A stretch of 64,000 nt of DNA. Source: Gammaproteobacteria bacterium. GTDB taxonomy: Bacteria; Pseudomonadota; Gammaproteobacteria; SZUA-229. Under the pieces are notes generated by a model. The model did not search any database, was not told where the DNA came from, and saw nothing but the letters and a program-made list of their open reading frames with translations. Of the stretch, positions 19,278 to 28,634 are shown one piece after another. Made by a program: the position numbers and the translations under genes. Each line of letters opens with the position of its first letter. Positions within the stretch are counted from its first letter, which is position 1. Location: positions 141,145 to 205,144 of the forward strand of contig JASBSR010000040.1 in NCBI GenBank assembly GCA_030148865.1, written 5' to 3'.

Positions 19278-19527
19278 AGGTCACCTCTCTCTGCAAACAA
19301 GCTGTGCATTATACCGGAATATGGCGACAGCTGAATCCGCCTTAATGGGTGTTAAAAATATGATTTGGCGACAGAGGCACAGAGGAGACGGAGATAAATA
19401 CGGTTCAAAATAATAAATACAGAAAGCACAGATTTCGTAATACTATTTACCTGTTTTCCAACTTTATGGCACCTTTAGAAAGCAACTCTGTGTCCTCTGT
19501 GCTTTTGTGGCAAATTTTTAAGGGCTT

Positions 19528-21315
19528 TTAAGACTGGCTATCCAGCGGCGGCGGTGCCACGCGCATGACTTCTTCAATCGTGGTCAACCCCTGGGCAATT
19601 TTACTGGCGCCGCTTAAGCGCAGCGGTCGTAAACCATCCTTCACTGCTTGTTTACGCAAAGCCTGGAGATCGGCATTATCGGTGATCAAACGGCGGATAT
19701 CCTGCGAGAAACTGAACATTTCGTACACGCCCATGCGCCCCATATAACCAGTGTTACGGCATTCGAGGCAACCCACGGGTTTATAGACTGTTTCTGGTTT
19801 CAGCGCCTTCCAGGGTTTGACCAGCAGCTTCCAGTCTTCATCGCTGATCGGTGTCGCTGCCTTGCAGTGCGGGCACAGGGTGCGCACCAGCCGCTGCGCC
19901 ATAATACCGAGCACCGAGGACTGCACCAGATAAGGCGGAACACCTATGTCGAGCAGCCGCGAAATCGCCGCCGGGGCGTCGTTGGTGTGCAGGGTGGATA
20001 GCACCAGATGACCGGTGAGCGCAGCCTGAATTGCCATTTCGGCTGTTTCCATATCGCGAATTTCGCCGATCATAATAATATCGGGATCCTGCCGCATGAG
20101 GGTACGCACACCACGGGAAAAATCCAGGTCAATATTTTTTTGTACCTGCATTTGATTAAACGCCGGTTCGACCAGTTCGATCGGATCCTCGATGGTGCAA
20201 ACATTCACATCTGGTCTGGCGAGTAACTTCAGCGTCGAGTACAGGGTGGTGGTTTTACCCGACCCGGTGGGACCGGTAACCAGAATAATTCCGTGTGGCT
20301 GCTGGATCATTTTACGCCAGATGTCTTCATCGCTATTACTAAAACCGAGATCGGTGAAACTTTTGACGATCACTTCAGGGTCAAAAATACGCATCACCAT
20401 TTTTTCACCAAACGCAGTCGGCATGGTGGATAAGCGCAGTTCGACTTCCTGACCTTCCGGGGTGCGGGTTTTTAAGCGCCCGTCCTGAGGCCGACGTTTT
20501 TCGGCAACGTCCATGCGACCGAGTATTTTAATGCGACTCGACACAGCCGCCATCACCGCTGTCGGTATCTGATACACCTCGTGCATGACACCATCAATGC
20601 GAAACCGCACATTACTCATTTCACGGCGCGGTTCAAGATGAATATCACTGGCGCGCTGATCGAATGCATATTGCAATAACCAGTCAACAATATTGATGAC
20701 GTGCTGGTCGTTAGCGTCGAGCTTGCCGGCACGACCCAACTCCATCATCGATTCCAGATTTTGCAAATTGCCGACAAATGGATCGGCATCGGCCTGAGCA
20801 CCAAGTACAGATTTAGACACCGAATAAAACTCGAGCAGGAAACGGCGAATATCATCTGGGTTCGCGATTACCAGTTCAAAGTTCTGTTTATTAATGCGCG
20901 AAAGCTCATTCACCCATTCGCGCTGGAAAGGTTGCGCGGTGGCGACGGTAATGACTTTGTCTGTTACCTTCACTGGCAATACATTGTAGCGAGCAGCATA
21001 AGCGTAGGACATCACCGAAGTCACGCGCGTGACTTCAACTCTGAGCGGATCAATGCGTCGATACGGCAGGCTAACGTGATCCGCAAACCAGACGGTGAGC
21101 ACTTCCAGCGTCAGCGGTTTGCCGGTTTTGATATTTTTCCAGCCACGTTCGGCGATAAATTCCAGCGGATGCTTGTGCTCGTACTTGCCACTGGATGCCA
21201 GCGAACGCAGCATAGCGGCATTTTCGCTATCGACCATACCATCGGCTTCCAGCCAGTCGAGAATATCCGGAACCCTGAGTTCGCGTTCTTTATGTTTTTC
21301 GATGACTGCGCTCAT
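19528..21315 (-). CDS. GspE/PilB-family secretion ATPase (type II secretion / type IV pilus ATPase superfamily), orphan
   Basis: 595 aa. Walker A GPTGSGKTTTLYS, Asp box, Walker B DPDIIMIGEIRD, His box LVLSTLHTND, tetracysteine CPHC...CLEC zinc motif, and a ~180-aa N-terminal GspE_N/MshEN-like domain. No gspF/pilC/pilD neighbours. Confidence 0.85.
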   Translation of the reverse strand: MSAVIEKHKERELRVPDILDWLEADGMVDSENAAMLRSLASSGKYEHKHPLEFIAERGWKNIKTGKPLTLEVLTVWFADHVSLPYRRIDPLRVEVTRVTSVMSYAYAARYNVLPVKVTDKVITVATAQPFQREWVNELSRINKQNFELVIANPDDIRRFLLEFYSVSKSVLGAQADADPFVGNLQNLESMMELGRAGKLDANDQHVINIVDWLLQYAFDQRASDIHLEPRREMSNVRFRIDGVMHEVYQIPTAVMAAVSSRIKILGRMDVAEKRRPQDGRLKTRTPEGQEVELRLSTMPTAFGEKMVMRIFDPEVIVKSFTDLGFSNSDEDIWRKMIQQPHGIILVTGPTGSGKTTTLYSTLKLLARPDVNVCTIEDPIELVEPAFNQMQVQKNIDLDFSRGVRTLMRQDPDIIMIGEIRDMETAEMAIQAALTGHLVLSTLHTNDAPAAISRLLDIGVPPYLVQSSVLGIMAQRLVRTLCPHCKAATPISDEDWKLLVKPWKALKPETVYKPVGCLECRNTGYMGRMGVYEMFSFSQDIRRLITDNADLQALRKQAVKDGLRPLRLSGASKIAQGLTTIEEVMRVAPPPLDSQS

Positions 21316-21327
21316 AATATTAGCGGT

Positions 21328-21618
21328 TTACATTGTGGGCCGAATATCAAACCGGCTGAAATACTCAAATGTTGCGTCCTGTACCTCTATAGTAGACACT
21401 TTTGCCTGTGTCGGGCCAATTTCGAGCCAGTTTTTCAGTGTAAGCTGCTGGTCTGCAGAGCCACAGGCATACACTTCGACCCGACCATCACGCAGATTTC
21501 GTACCCAGCCAGTGAGAGCCAGTTGCTGCGCTCGCTCCTGCGTGGCGACTCTGTAACACACGCCCTGCACCCGCCCGCTGATGAAATATCGCTGGCAGAC
21601 CATTGCCGTTGCTGTCAC
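21328..21618 (-). CDS. acyP: acylphosphatase
   Basis: 96 aa. VSGRVQGVCYRVATQERAQQLALTGWVRNLRDGRVEV matches the acylphosphatase signature VQGVxFR...GWVxNxxDGxVE. 4-nt overlap with the upstream MFP gene. Confidence 0.8.
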   Translation of the reverse strand: MTATAMVCQRYFISGRVQGVCYRVATQERAQQLALTGWVRNLRDGRVEVYACGSADQQLTLKNWLEIGPTQAKVSTIEVQDATFEYFSRFDIRPTM

Positions 21619-22415
21619 GGTAACAGCAAACTGACACTGTCTCCCGGTTTGAATAAACCACCGGGGTCGACCGCGAACACAACTTTGAGCGCATAGCTCT
21701 GCCCGGCTGCATCGCCTGGGGTCATCGCCATACTCTGAACACTGCCCGTATAATCCTGACCACGATAGCGCACCTTGATCGCCTGACCAAGCTGCAGCTG
21801 ACTCAGTACTTCATAACTCACCTGAGCCACGGCGAGCCGAGCGTCGGCACGCGCCAGCACGATCAAGGGCTGAATGCGTAGATCACCGGTTATCACCTGA
21901 CCGGACTCGATGTTCCGGTTAATGACCCAGGCAGCCCAGGGCGCGTACTGCGTGGCGCGCGACAGTTTCACGGTGGCTTCGGTGAGCAGCGCCTTAGTTT
22001 CGCCCAGTTTTGCATTAGCAATGTCAAACGCCATTTTGGCGTGCTGTAATTCAACATCGGAAAGTACGGTCTGTTCGTAAAGCGCCTGAGCATCGCGATA
22101 CTCGCGCTGGGCATCAGTCAATGCTGGATACGCCGCCGCTACCCGTGCTTGCGCCTGTTTTACTTTTGCCGACAGCACCGCTGTATTTAAGGCAAATAAT
22201 TTTTCGCCTTTGTTCACACGCTGCCCCACCTGCACGAATACACTATCGACAAAACCATTTACCGGTACGCTGGCATAATGCAGTTCTGCCCAGCCAAGTC
22301 TGGCAGCAACTTCAGCGCTTTGCACTGACAGTGCAAACAGAAACAAACTGCCCGCCAGCCAGCAACGCAGGCCTGTCTTTATGATTTTAATTTTCATTGG
22401 CTTCACCCGTGGCAA
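21615..22415 (-). CDS. HlyD-family periplasmic adaptor (membrane fusion protein), minimal form with signal peptide
   Basis: 266 aa. Signal peptide, lipoyl/biotinyl-like half-domain (VFVQVGQRVNKGEKLFALNT), alpha-helical hairpin, beta-barrel. No membrane-proximal domain. Confidence 0.7.
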   Translation of the reverse strand: MPRVKPMKIKIIKTGLRCWLAGSLFLFALSVQSAEVAARLGWAELHYASVPVNGFVDSVFVQVGQRVNKGEKLFALNTAVLSAKVKQAQARVAAAYPALTDAQREYRDAQALYEQTVLSDVELQHAKMAFDIANAKLGETKALLTEATVKLSRATQYAPWAAWVINRNIESGQVITGDLRIQPLIVLARADARLAVAQVSYEVLSQLQLGQAIKVRYRGQDYTGSVQSMAMTPGDAAGQSYALKVVFAVDPGGLFKPGDSVSLLLP

Positions 22416-23775
22416 AAACTTGAAACGATACCTTTTGATGATCGATTACGCTACGCGGCATCTGCCCGGTTAGCATCGTCAAACGCATTGCTGCGACAAT
22501 AGTGTCAAATTTATTTTTTGTCTGTAAATAACGAACCCGCGAAGTATTCACCAGAGTGTCGCCATAGTCAGTGCGCAATTCAAGCTCATATTCACCCCGA
22601 CTTTTATCAAGTGCACGGTCAGCGGCGCGGGCTGCAGTTTTAAGCCCCTCAGCTTCGGACAGTAAATTTTTAATCCCCAGCCAAAGATCGTATACCTGCT
22701 TGCGAACATCCGACTGCAAGCGCGAATACTCAGCCCGCCGCTGTAACCAGAGCACACGTTGGTCAGATATCTGCGATTTCACGCGTGCGTTTTCAAACAA
22801 CGGAATTTTAAGATTGAGCGAAGCGCGCCAGTTCTCGCGCGAAGGCAACTTACGTGTATATTCAATCACTTCTACTTCTGCATCCAGTGATGGTCGTGAT
22901 AACTTACGTGCAGCTTCCATTGCAACCTGTGCGGCGTCAACCCGACGCGCCTGCGCCTGAATTCCAACATTCGACTGCATCGCACGTTTGATCAGTATTT
23001 CAACATCTGGCAGCTTTAAATCAGTCAGATCGACCCCAGGTGCGACCAGTTCTGCCGAAAGCTCGCCAGGACGATTGATTACCTCTGCCAGCTGCGCGCG
23101 ACTGATGCGCTGCAAAGTTTCAGTGTTGCGTCTAACCGTCAGTAATTGCTGATAGTCGGTTTCTGCACTGAGCAAATCAATTTCCGAAACCTGTTTTAAA
23201 TCGTACCGGTCACGCATTTTGTCAACGCGCACGTACAGCATCGACATGGCCTCGTTATCCCAGGAGAACTTTATGTCTGACAAAATTGCATCAAAAAAAC
23301 TACGCGCTATTGCAATCTGCTGTTGCGCGAGAACACGGCGATAGTCGAGTTGCTCAGCATCGATAGCTGTTTCGGCGGCTTCGATACGGGTACTGCCATA
23401 ACCAAAATCATACAGGGGCTTGCGAATATTCAGGCTTGCCTTGTGATCGTTTGGTGAAAGATCAAATGCATTGGCGGCAGGCTCGATGCGAGCAGCTTCA
23501 AGATTGATTTCAGCTTCCAGTGCATAATCACCCTGTACGCGCTGCAGACCTGCACGCGCCGCCTGTTCTCGCGATTGCGCCGCAAACAGCACAGGCTGAA
23601 GCTCAGATGAGCCGATCATCATCGCCTGCTGTAGATTAAGAGGCGTCGGCAGTGGCTCCGCTGCCCAGAGCACACCACTGTAAAGCAGAGCCATATAGTA
23701 GCAACTGCGAAACCCCATCGGGGTGACAGCATCGAAGATATGCCATCGACTGTACGCCTGTTGCCTGACAGTCAT
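22387..23775 (-). CDS. TolC-family outer membrane efflux/secretion channel (true start probably internal, M20 or M28, giving a signal peptide)
   Basis: 462 aa with the two-repeat OEP architecture (long helical segments alternating with beta-strands). 29-nt overlap with the MFP gene. Confidence 0.75.
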   Translation of the reverse strand: MTVRQQAYSRWHIFDAVTPMGFRSCYYMALLYSGVLWAAEPLPTPLNLQQAMMIGSSELQPVLFAAQSREQAARAGLQRVQGDYALEAEINLEAARIEPAANAFDLSPNDHKASLNIRKPLYDFGYGSTRIEAAETAIDAEQLDYRRVLAQQQIAIARSFFDAILSDIKFSWDNEAMSMLYVRVDKMRDRYDLKQVSEIDLLSAETDYQQLLTVRRNTETLQRISRAQLAEVINRPGELSAELVAPGVDLTDLKLPDVEILIKRAMQSNVGIQAQARRVDAAQVAMEAARKLSRPSLDAEVEVIEYTRKLPSRENWRASLNLKIPLFENARVKSQISDQRVLWLQRRAEYSRLQSDVRKQVYDLWLGIKNLLSEAEGLKTAARAADRALDKSRGEYELELRTDYGDTLVNTSRVRYLQTKNKFDTIVAAMRLTMLTGQMPRSVIDHQKVSFQVFATGEANEN

Positions 23776-23780
23776 GCGAA

Positions 23781-24311
23781 TTAGTTCGGCTTCTTATTGT
23801 TCAACTTGTAGCGTGTAAAACTCATCTCACGAAATTTTTCATCGATCACATAACGCCCTAACAGCATAAAATCATCAGTCCCCGAAGTCGGCCCGGTAAA
23901 TCGCGTCACCGCCTGGCCTTTCAGGTTATAAAAAATAAACACCGGTGTCGCGCGCACTCGATTCACCTTGAAAGCAAAGTCTTTTTCTTTCATGGCGACT
24001 CCGGTCATATCATGAATTTCAATGTCACCTTCTATATCAACCGGGAATATCAGAAAGTTTTTCTGAAAAAAGTCCTGCACTTCAGACTGGTTCAAAACTG
24101 TCGCTTTCATACGCGCACAAAACGGGCATTCATCCTGCTCAAACATGAGCAAAATACCTTTCTTGCCTGCTGCTTTCGCCTGCTGCAGCTCTTCAGAAAA
24201 ATCCCCCAGTGTCTGGTTGAAAAAATTACCCTCCACATCACGGATTTCAGCATGCGCCAGTTGAGCGATAACGAATAGCGTCATGAATAAAAATTTCAAC
24301 CCGCACCTCAT
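23781..24311 (-). CDS. periplasmic thioredoxin-fold protein (CPFC active site)
   Basis: 176 aa. Signal peptide MTLFVIAQLAHA, then GILLMFEQDECPFCARMK, a thioredoxin-like CxxC. Confidence 0.7.
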   Translation of the reverse strand: MRCGLKFLFMTLFVIAQLAHAEIRDVEGNFFNQTLGDFSEELQQAKAAGKKGILLMFEQDECPFCARMKATVLNQSEVQDFFQKNFLIFPVDIEGDIEIHDMTGVAMKEKDFAFKVNRVRATPVFIFYNLKGQAVTRFTGPTSGTDDFMLLGRYVIDEKFREMSFTRYKLNNKKPN

Positions 24312-24377
24312 TAAACTGTATGTGATAGCAGAACCCTGTAAAACTATAGGACGCTATACCACAGGTGTAATTCCCAA

Positions 24378-24406
24378 ACAAAAAAAGGCCCGAGAACGGG
24401 CCTTTC
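24378..24406 (-). terminator. rho-independent terminator after LysM lipoprotein gene
   Basis: Minus-strand reading GGCCCGTTCTCGGGCC followed by TTTTTTTG, 22 nt after the stop. Confidence 0.75.
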
Positions 24407-24427
24407 GGGGTCAAACTGAAAGCGGTA

Positions 24428-25102
24428 TTACTTGTTGAGGTAGTCCAGATCAGACTGCTCAACGTCGCCTACCGACCAGGCACCACGAGTTTTGGCGTGA
24501 TTAATAGCGGCATTGATCTCGGCAGATGACGCATTCTGATCGATATCCAGCACCTGCCCGGGGCGAATCAGGTCAGCATCTTTGATCTGGCTACGGTTGG
24601 TTTTATAAATCAGCGGCCACTGATAAGGATTGGCATAGACTTCATCCTTACCTGAAATGTTCCACAGATTGTCGCCACCCTGAACAGAGTAACTGCTGAC
24701 TTTGCCAGCGGCTGACTGGTTGCTGTCCTGTGCCAGACTGCTACCCGAAAGCGCGGCACGATCTGCGGCACTCAGACTGTCGAGATATTTCTGATGCTCG
24801 GCAGCTTGCTGTTTAATGGCATCTTCGGCCTGTGCCTGAGCTTTATTAGCCAGCTTGATCGCTTCATCAGTGTTGCCGTCGGCCAGTGCGGCTTCGGCTT
24901 TCTTGATAAGTTTACCAGTGTCGCGCCACTCGTAGCCAACCGCTTTAGCATCCGTGTTGGCAGCTTTTGCTGAAGCAATCGCCTGTTCAGCTGCAGCGGT
25001 AGCATCATTGGTCGAGGAACCAGTGTCTTCTGTGGTAGCACAGCCAGCCATTAAACCCAGGCTGAGGAATGCAACTGAAATCAGTCTTGCGGGTGTACGC
25101 AT
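24428..25102 (-). CDS. lipoprotein with C-terminal LysM peptidoglycan-binding domain
   Basis: 224 aa. Lipobox LMAGC, Ala/Lys-rich linker, C-terminal LysM (YSVQGGDNLWNISGK...ADLIRPGQVLDI). Confidence 0.8.
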   Translation of the reverse strand: MRTPARLISVAFLSLGLMAGCATTEDTGSSTNDATAAAEQAIASAKAANTDAKAVGYEWRDTGKLIKKAEAALADGNTDEAIKLANKAQAQAEDAIKQQAAEHQKYLDSLSAADRAALSGSSLAQDSNQSAAGKVSSYSVQGGDNLWNISGKDEVYANPYQWPLIYKTNRSQIKDADLIRPGQVLDIDQNASSAEINAAINHAKTRGAWSVGDVEQSDLDYLNK

Positions 25103-25288
25103 GTGTTTACTCCGAATATTTGGAAAGATCGTGCAATTAATTGTTGGTGTTTATCTATGCATTCTATAGCTCCAGAAACTAACAATGCAAGCCTGTAGTG
25201 TCAAGAAATCATTTTTAGTTTAGGTCAACCGGTCAGGATATTGTAGAATTTGCTCCCAGAATCATTCATCAGGCAAAATTGACCTATC

Positions 25289-25642
25289 ATGAGCTCCAAC
25301 GTTCGTCTTCTTTACAATCCTGACTGCACAAAATGCCGACTCAGCAAGGAATTGCTCGAACGCCAGGGCGAAACTGCCGAGGTGGTCGAATACCTCATCA
25401 ATCCGCCCAGCCGGGATGAACTTGAACAAATTTTGACCATGCTGGGGCTGGCACCGCGCGCGCTAATGCGCCGCCACGAACCCCCTTATCACGAGCTGAA
25501 TTTGGATAAGCCCGAGCTCAGTCATGAGCAGCTGATCGCCGCCATGATCGCACATCCGATCCTGATCGAACGCCCGATCGTGATCAAGGACAACAAGGCC
25601 GTGATCGGTCGCCCCCCCGAGCGTATTCTGGATATTCTCTGA
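25289..25642 (+). CDS. ArsC/Spx-family reductase (YffB-like)
   Basis: 117 aa. LYNPDCTKCR..., ArsC-family fold motifs. Confidence 0.75.
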   Translation: MSSNVRLLYNPDCTKCRLSKELLERQGETAEVVEYLINPPSRDELEQILTMLGLAPRALMRRHEPPYHELNLDKPELSHEQLIAAMIAHPILIERPIVIKDNKAVIGRPPERILDIL

Positions 25643-26235
25643 TGTCTGAAATTCTGATCTTATATTACAGTCCTGGCGGCACCATTGCCGAAATGGCCAA
25701 TGTCATCGCGCGCGGCGTCGAGCAGGTATCCGACGTGCAGGCGCGGGTGCGCACAGTGCCCGCAGTCGCGCCCGTGGATCAAACCACGACACCGGTCACC
25801 AGCACGAGTGCGCCCTTCGCCACGCATCAGGATTTACTCGACTGCAGCGGCCTGATTCTCGGCAGCCCAACTCACTTTGGCAATATGCCAGCGGCGATGA
25901 AATATTTTATCGATGGCACCAGCAAGCTCTGGCTGGCGGGCAAACTCGCGGGCAAACCCGCCGCTGTATTTACCGCCAGCACCAGTCTGCACGGCGGCCA
26001 GGAAAGCACCCTGCTGAGCATGATGCTGCCCCTGCTACACCACGGCATGCTGCTGGTCGGCCTGCCCTACACCGAAACCGAGCTGTTCACCACCACCAGC
26101 GGGGGGGCGCCCTACGGCGCGACGCGTCTGAGTGATGACACGGGCGAACGCCAGCTCAGCAACGACGAACGCCAGCTCAGCCTCGCGCTGGGCAAACGGG
26201 TGGCCGAAACCGCGCGCAAACTGGACGCAGAATAA
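25642..26235 (+). CDS. wrbA: NAD(P)H:quinone oxidoreductase WrbA (flavodoxin-like)
   Basis: 197 aa. ILILYYSPGGTIAEMA, GSPTHFGNM, WrbA-type. Confidence 0.85.
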   Translation: MSEILILYYSPGGTIAEMANVIARGVEQVSDVQARVRTVPAVAPVDQTTTPVTSTSAPFATHQDLLDCSGLILGSPTHFGNMPAAMKYFIDGTSKLWLAGKLAGKPAAVFTASTSLHGGQESTLLSMMLPLLHHGMLLVGLPYTETELFTTTSGGAPYGATRLSDDTGERQLSNDERQLSLALGKRVAETARKLDAE

Positions 26236-26237
26236 TT

Positions 26238-26633
26238 ATGGAGATGAACAACAACACTGTGCCGTCCGTAGCGCGCGTCAAATATGCCCACTGGCTTAGT
26301 CTGACCGGGTATTTCGCCCTGGTGATCGGGATTTACCTCTGGCACATCGTGATTCATAAAACTGAACATTATATGATCTCCCTGATCCTGCTGGTGCAGC
26401 TGGGGCCCCTGATCTTTCCTCTGCGCGGGCTGTTGCACGGTAGAATCTATACCCATGCCTGGTCGATTTATCTGGCGATTTTTTATTTTGTCGTCGGTGT
26501 CTGGTATTCCAGTGCCGCCGAAACACTGGGCTTCGGTCTTTATCTGGTGGCGGCCAGCCTGCTGTTTTTTATCGGCTGTGTGCTCTACACCCGGCTCGCC
26601 TCGCGCGCCGTCAGAGCAATTCAGAGTGACTGA
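26238..26633 (+). CDS. DUF2069 membrane protein (conserved partner of wrbA)
   Basis: 131 aa, 4 TM. Position and size match the wrbA-adjacent DUF2069 family. Confidence 0.6.
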   Translation: MEMNNNTVPSVARVKYAHWLSLTGYFALVIGIYLWHIVIHKTEHYMISLILLVQLGPLIFPLRGLLHGRIYTHAWSIYLAIFYFVVGVWYSSAAETLGFGLYLVAASLLFFIGCVLYTRLASRAVRAIQSD

Positions 26634-27334
26634 CTGAACACCGTTTTGACGAACGGGATGGTTAATTTGCGCTGCATCGCCATGGCGGCGGTGTCGAGCG
26701 CATCCAGACGTTCGAACAGGGCAAAAAGATCGCGCGGGTAATGGCGCAGCAAATATTCCGCGACATTGCCCGGTAGTTCCAGCCCGCGCAGTTGCGCGCG
26801 CGTCTGCAACGCCGCACGCTTGTCAGCATCCGACAGTGCCTGCAACTGAAACACCGGCCCCCAGACCAGACGCGAACGCAGGTCGGCTAATTGCACCGTG
26901 AGGTTTTCCGGGACTTGATTCGCGCTCAGCAGCAAACAGCAGTCGCTGGCGCGTACCCGGTTGATCAGATTAAACAGCGCGACTTCCCAGTCGGCATGAC
27001 CCGCGAACCACTGCACATCATCCAGACACAGTAAATCCAGCTGTTCGAGACCATCGAGACAGTCTGCGGCTTGCGCAATGATTGCGGCTGCCGGCAAATA
27101 ACAGACTACCGCCCCATGTTCGGCCGCGAGATGACACGCCGCCTGCAATAAGTGGCTTTTGCCACGGCCCCGCTGTGATGACCATAGGTACAGCTGTTTT
27201 TCACCCGTGCCCGCCGCCAGCTGCCGCACCATGGCGACTGCGAGATGGTTTTCACCAGCCACATAAGAATCAAAACTGAAAACTTCACGCGGGGTAAAAC
27301 TTAAGGGTAATTGCCTGAACACAGAAGACTGCAT
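26621..27334 (-). CDS. hda: DnaA regulatory inactivator Hda
   Basis: 237 aa. Walker-type GxxGxGKSHLL, RIDA box, C-terminal QRKLTIPFVK identical in pattern to E. coli Hda. Confidence 0.9.
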   Translation of the reverse strand: MQSSVFRQLPLSFTPREVFSFDSYVAGENHLAVAMVRQLAAGTGEKQLYLWSSQRGRGKSHLLQAACHLAAEHGAVVCYLPAAAIIAQAADCLDGLEQLDLLCLDDVQWFAGHADWEVALFNLINRVRASDCCLLLSANQVPENLTVQLADLRSRLVWGPVFQLQALSDADKRAALQTRAQLRGLELPGNVAEYLLRHYPRDLFALFERLDALDTAAMAMQRKLTIPFVKTVFSQSL

Positions 27335-27346
27335 AAACTGCCAGAC

Positions 27347-28543
27347 TTAATTCAGCAGCCGGTAGTAGTAACGCCTGCCGGTAACTTCCGGGCTTGTCTG
27401 TAGACCGACCGGCACGACCGCTGGCTCAGGCACGCCCGTTTGCGCCGGCGTTGCGGCGGCATTAACGGTGGTTATCGTTGGCGGCACGACGGGTTTTTCC
27501 ACGGCTCTGAGTTGCGAACTCGTGGCCAGCAGGTTGCGCAAATCATCCACCCGCGAACGCAACGCGAGACTGAACTCAACATTGTCACCACCGAGCCGGG
27601 TTAGCTGTACGTTCTGTACTGCCTGCAAACTGGCGAGATATTTTTTCACGCGCACATAGGCCGCCAGCGTGCTGACATTTTCGATATCCAGCTGCACCCG
27701 GGCTTCGGTGGAACCGTCGCTGGATTCCAGCACTGCGTACTGTTTGCCAAGCGCATCCGCCATCTGATTGACTGCATCCGAAAGCAATTGCTCGTAGTCA
27801 GCGCTGCGCAAACTCCAGCGCTGAGAGTGACGCGCATCGAGCAAGGTCCAGTCGCCACTCCAAACGCTGCCATTCCAGGCCAGATTGCCGGCCAGCACCG
27901 GCCCCTGACTGTAGCGCGCCGAGACCTGTTGCAGGGGTTCGCTAAATCCGGCCCAGACATCGGCAAATTTAATCAGCGCCTGATCGCGTTTATCATAGCT
28001 CGGCCAGATGACGGGAATGCCGCGCTGACGGAACAGTTTTTCCAGCTGGCTTTTGAACAACGAAACATCGCTGGCTTTCAGTAAATATTGATTACGACCA
28101 TCGCGCACCGCCAGCCAGAGCACCGCCACCGCGCGATGTTCACCCCAGATCGGCAGGCCATTGCTGCGCAGGAAATCCATAATCCGGGTACCGTTGTACT
28201 GCAGGCGTATCTGCTGATTTTCAGCCGTACCATTGCTCTCAGGCGACGATTGAACAGGGCGAGCTTCATAACGGTATTGTTTGACGTAGGCGCCGGCATT
28301 CGGTGGCGTGATTTTTTGCAAAATCTGACCGTCACCTGACTGGCGCACCAGCATTTCGGCGAGGCCATCAGCCATTGCGGCATTACGTACTGCGGCGCTT
28401 TCGTCGGCCACCGGCAGCACCACTTCGTACAGATCGGGCACCCACTCGGCGTGGGCAATCGCGGGCAATACCAGCAGCAGCCAGCCGCAACGGCGTAGCA
28501 GACTCAGGATCGGGAATGGAGGGCAAAACTGTGACAATGGCAT
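27347..28543 (-). CDS. DUF2066 domain periplasmic protein
   Basis: 398 aa with signal peptide. The conserved position between hda and purM is typical for DUF2066. Confidence 0.55.
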   Translation of the reverse strand: MPLSQFCPPFPILSLLRRCGWLLLVLPAIAHAEWVPDLYEVVLPVADESAAVRNAAMADGLAEMLVRQSGDGQILQKITPPNAGAYVKQYRYEARPVQSSPESNGTAENQQIRLQYNGTRIMDFLRSNGLPIWGEHRAVAVLWLAVRDGRNQYLLKASDVSLFKSQLEKLFRQRGIPVIWPSYDKRDQALIKFADVWAGFSEPLQQVSARYSQGPVLAGNLAWNGSVWSGDWTLLDARHSQRWSLRSADYEQLLSDAVNQMADALGKQYAVLESSDGSTEARVQLDIENVSTLAAYVRVKKYLASLQAVQNVQLTRLGGDNVEFSLALRSRVDDLRNLLATSSQLRAVEKPVVPPTITTVNAAATPAQTGVPEPAVVPVGLQTSPEVTGRRYYYRLLN

Positions 28544-28634
28544 GGAGTTTTTTCAGCTGGGACTAAATAAGCTTTACGGGTGCGTGTACAATACCACACC
28601 TTTGAAACCATCAAACCCTGGTTGTTGCACTCGA

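Noticed and set aside
20701-21696. 331-aa plus-strand ORF
   Set aside because: Antisense to the GspE-family ATPase and acylphosphatase genes. No start context or RBS. The sense-strand genes carry clear catalytic motifs.
22387-24311. Interpretation of thioredoxin + TolC + MFP as a Sox (SoxW) or copper/silver Cus-type system
   Set aside because: No SoxXYZAB or CusA/CusF homologues in the window and the adaptor is far shorter than CusB. Kept as generic annotation instead.
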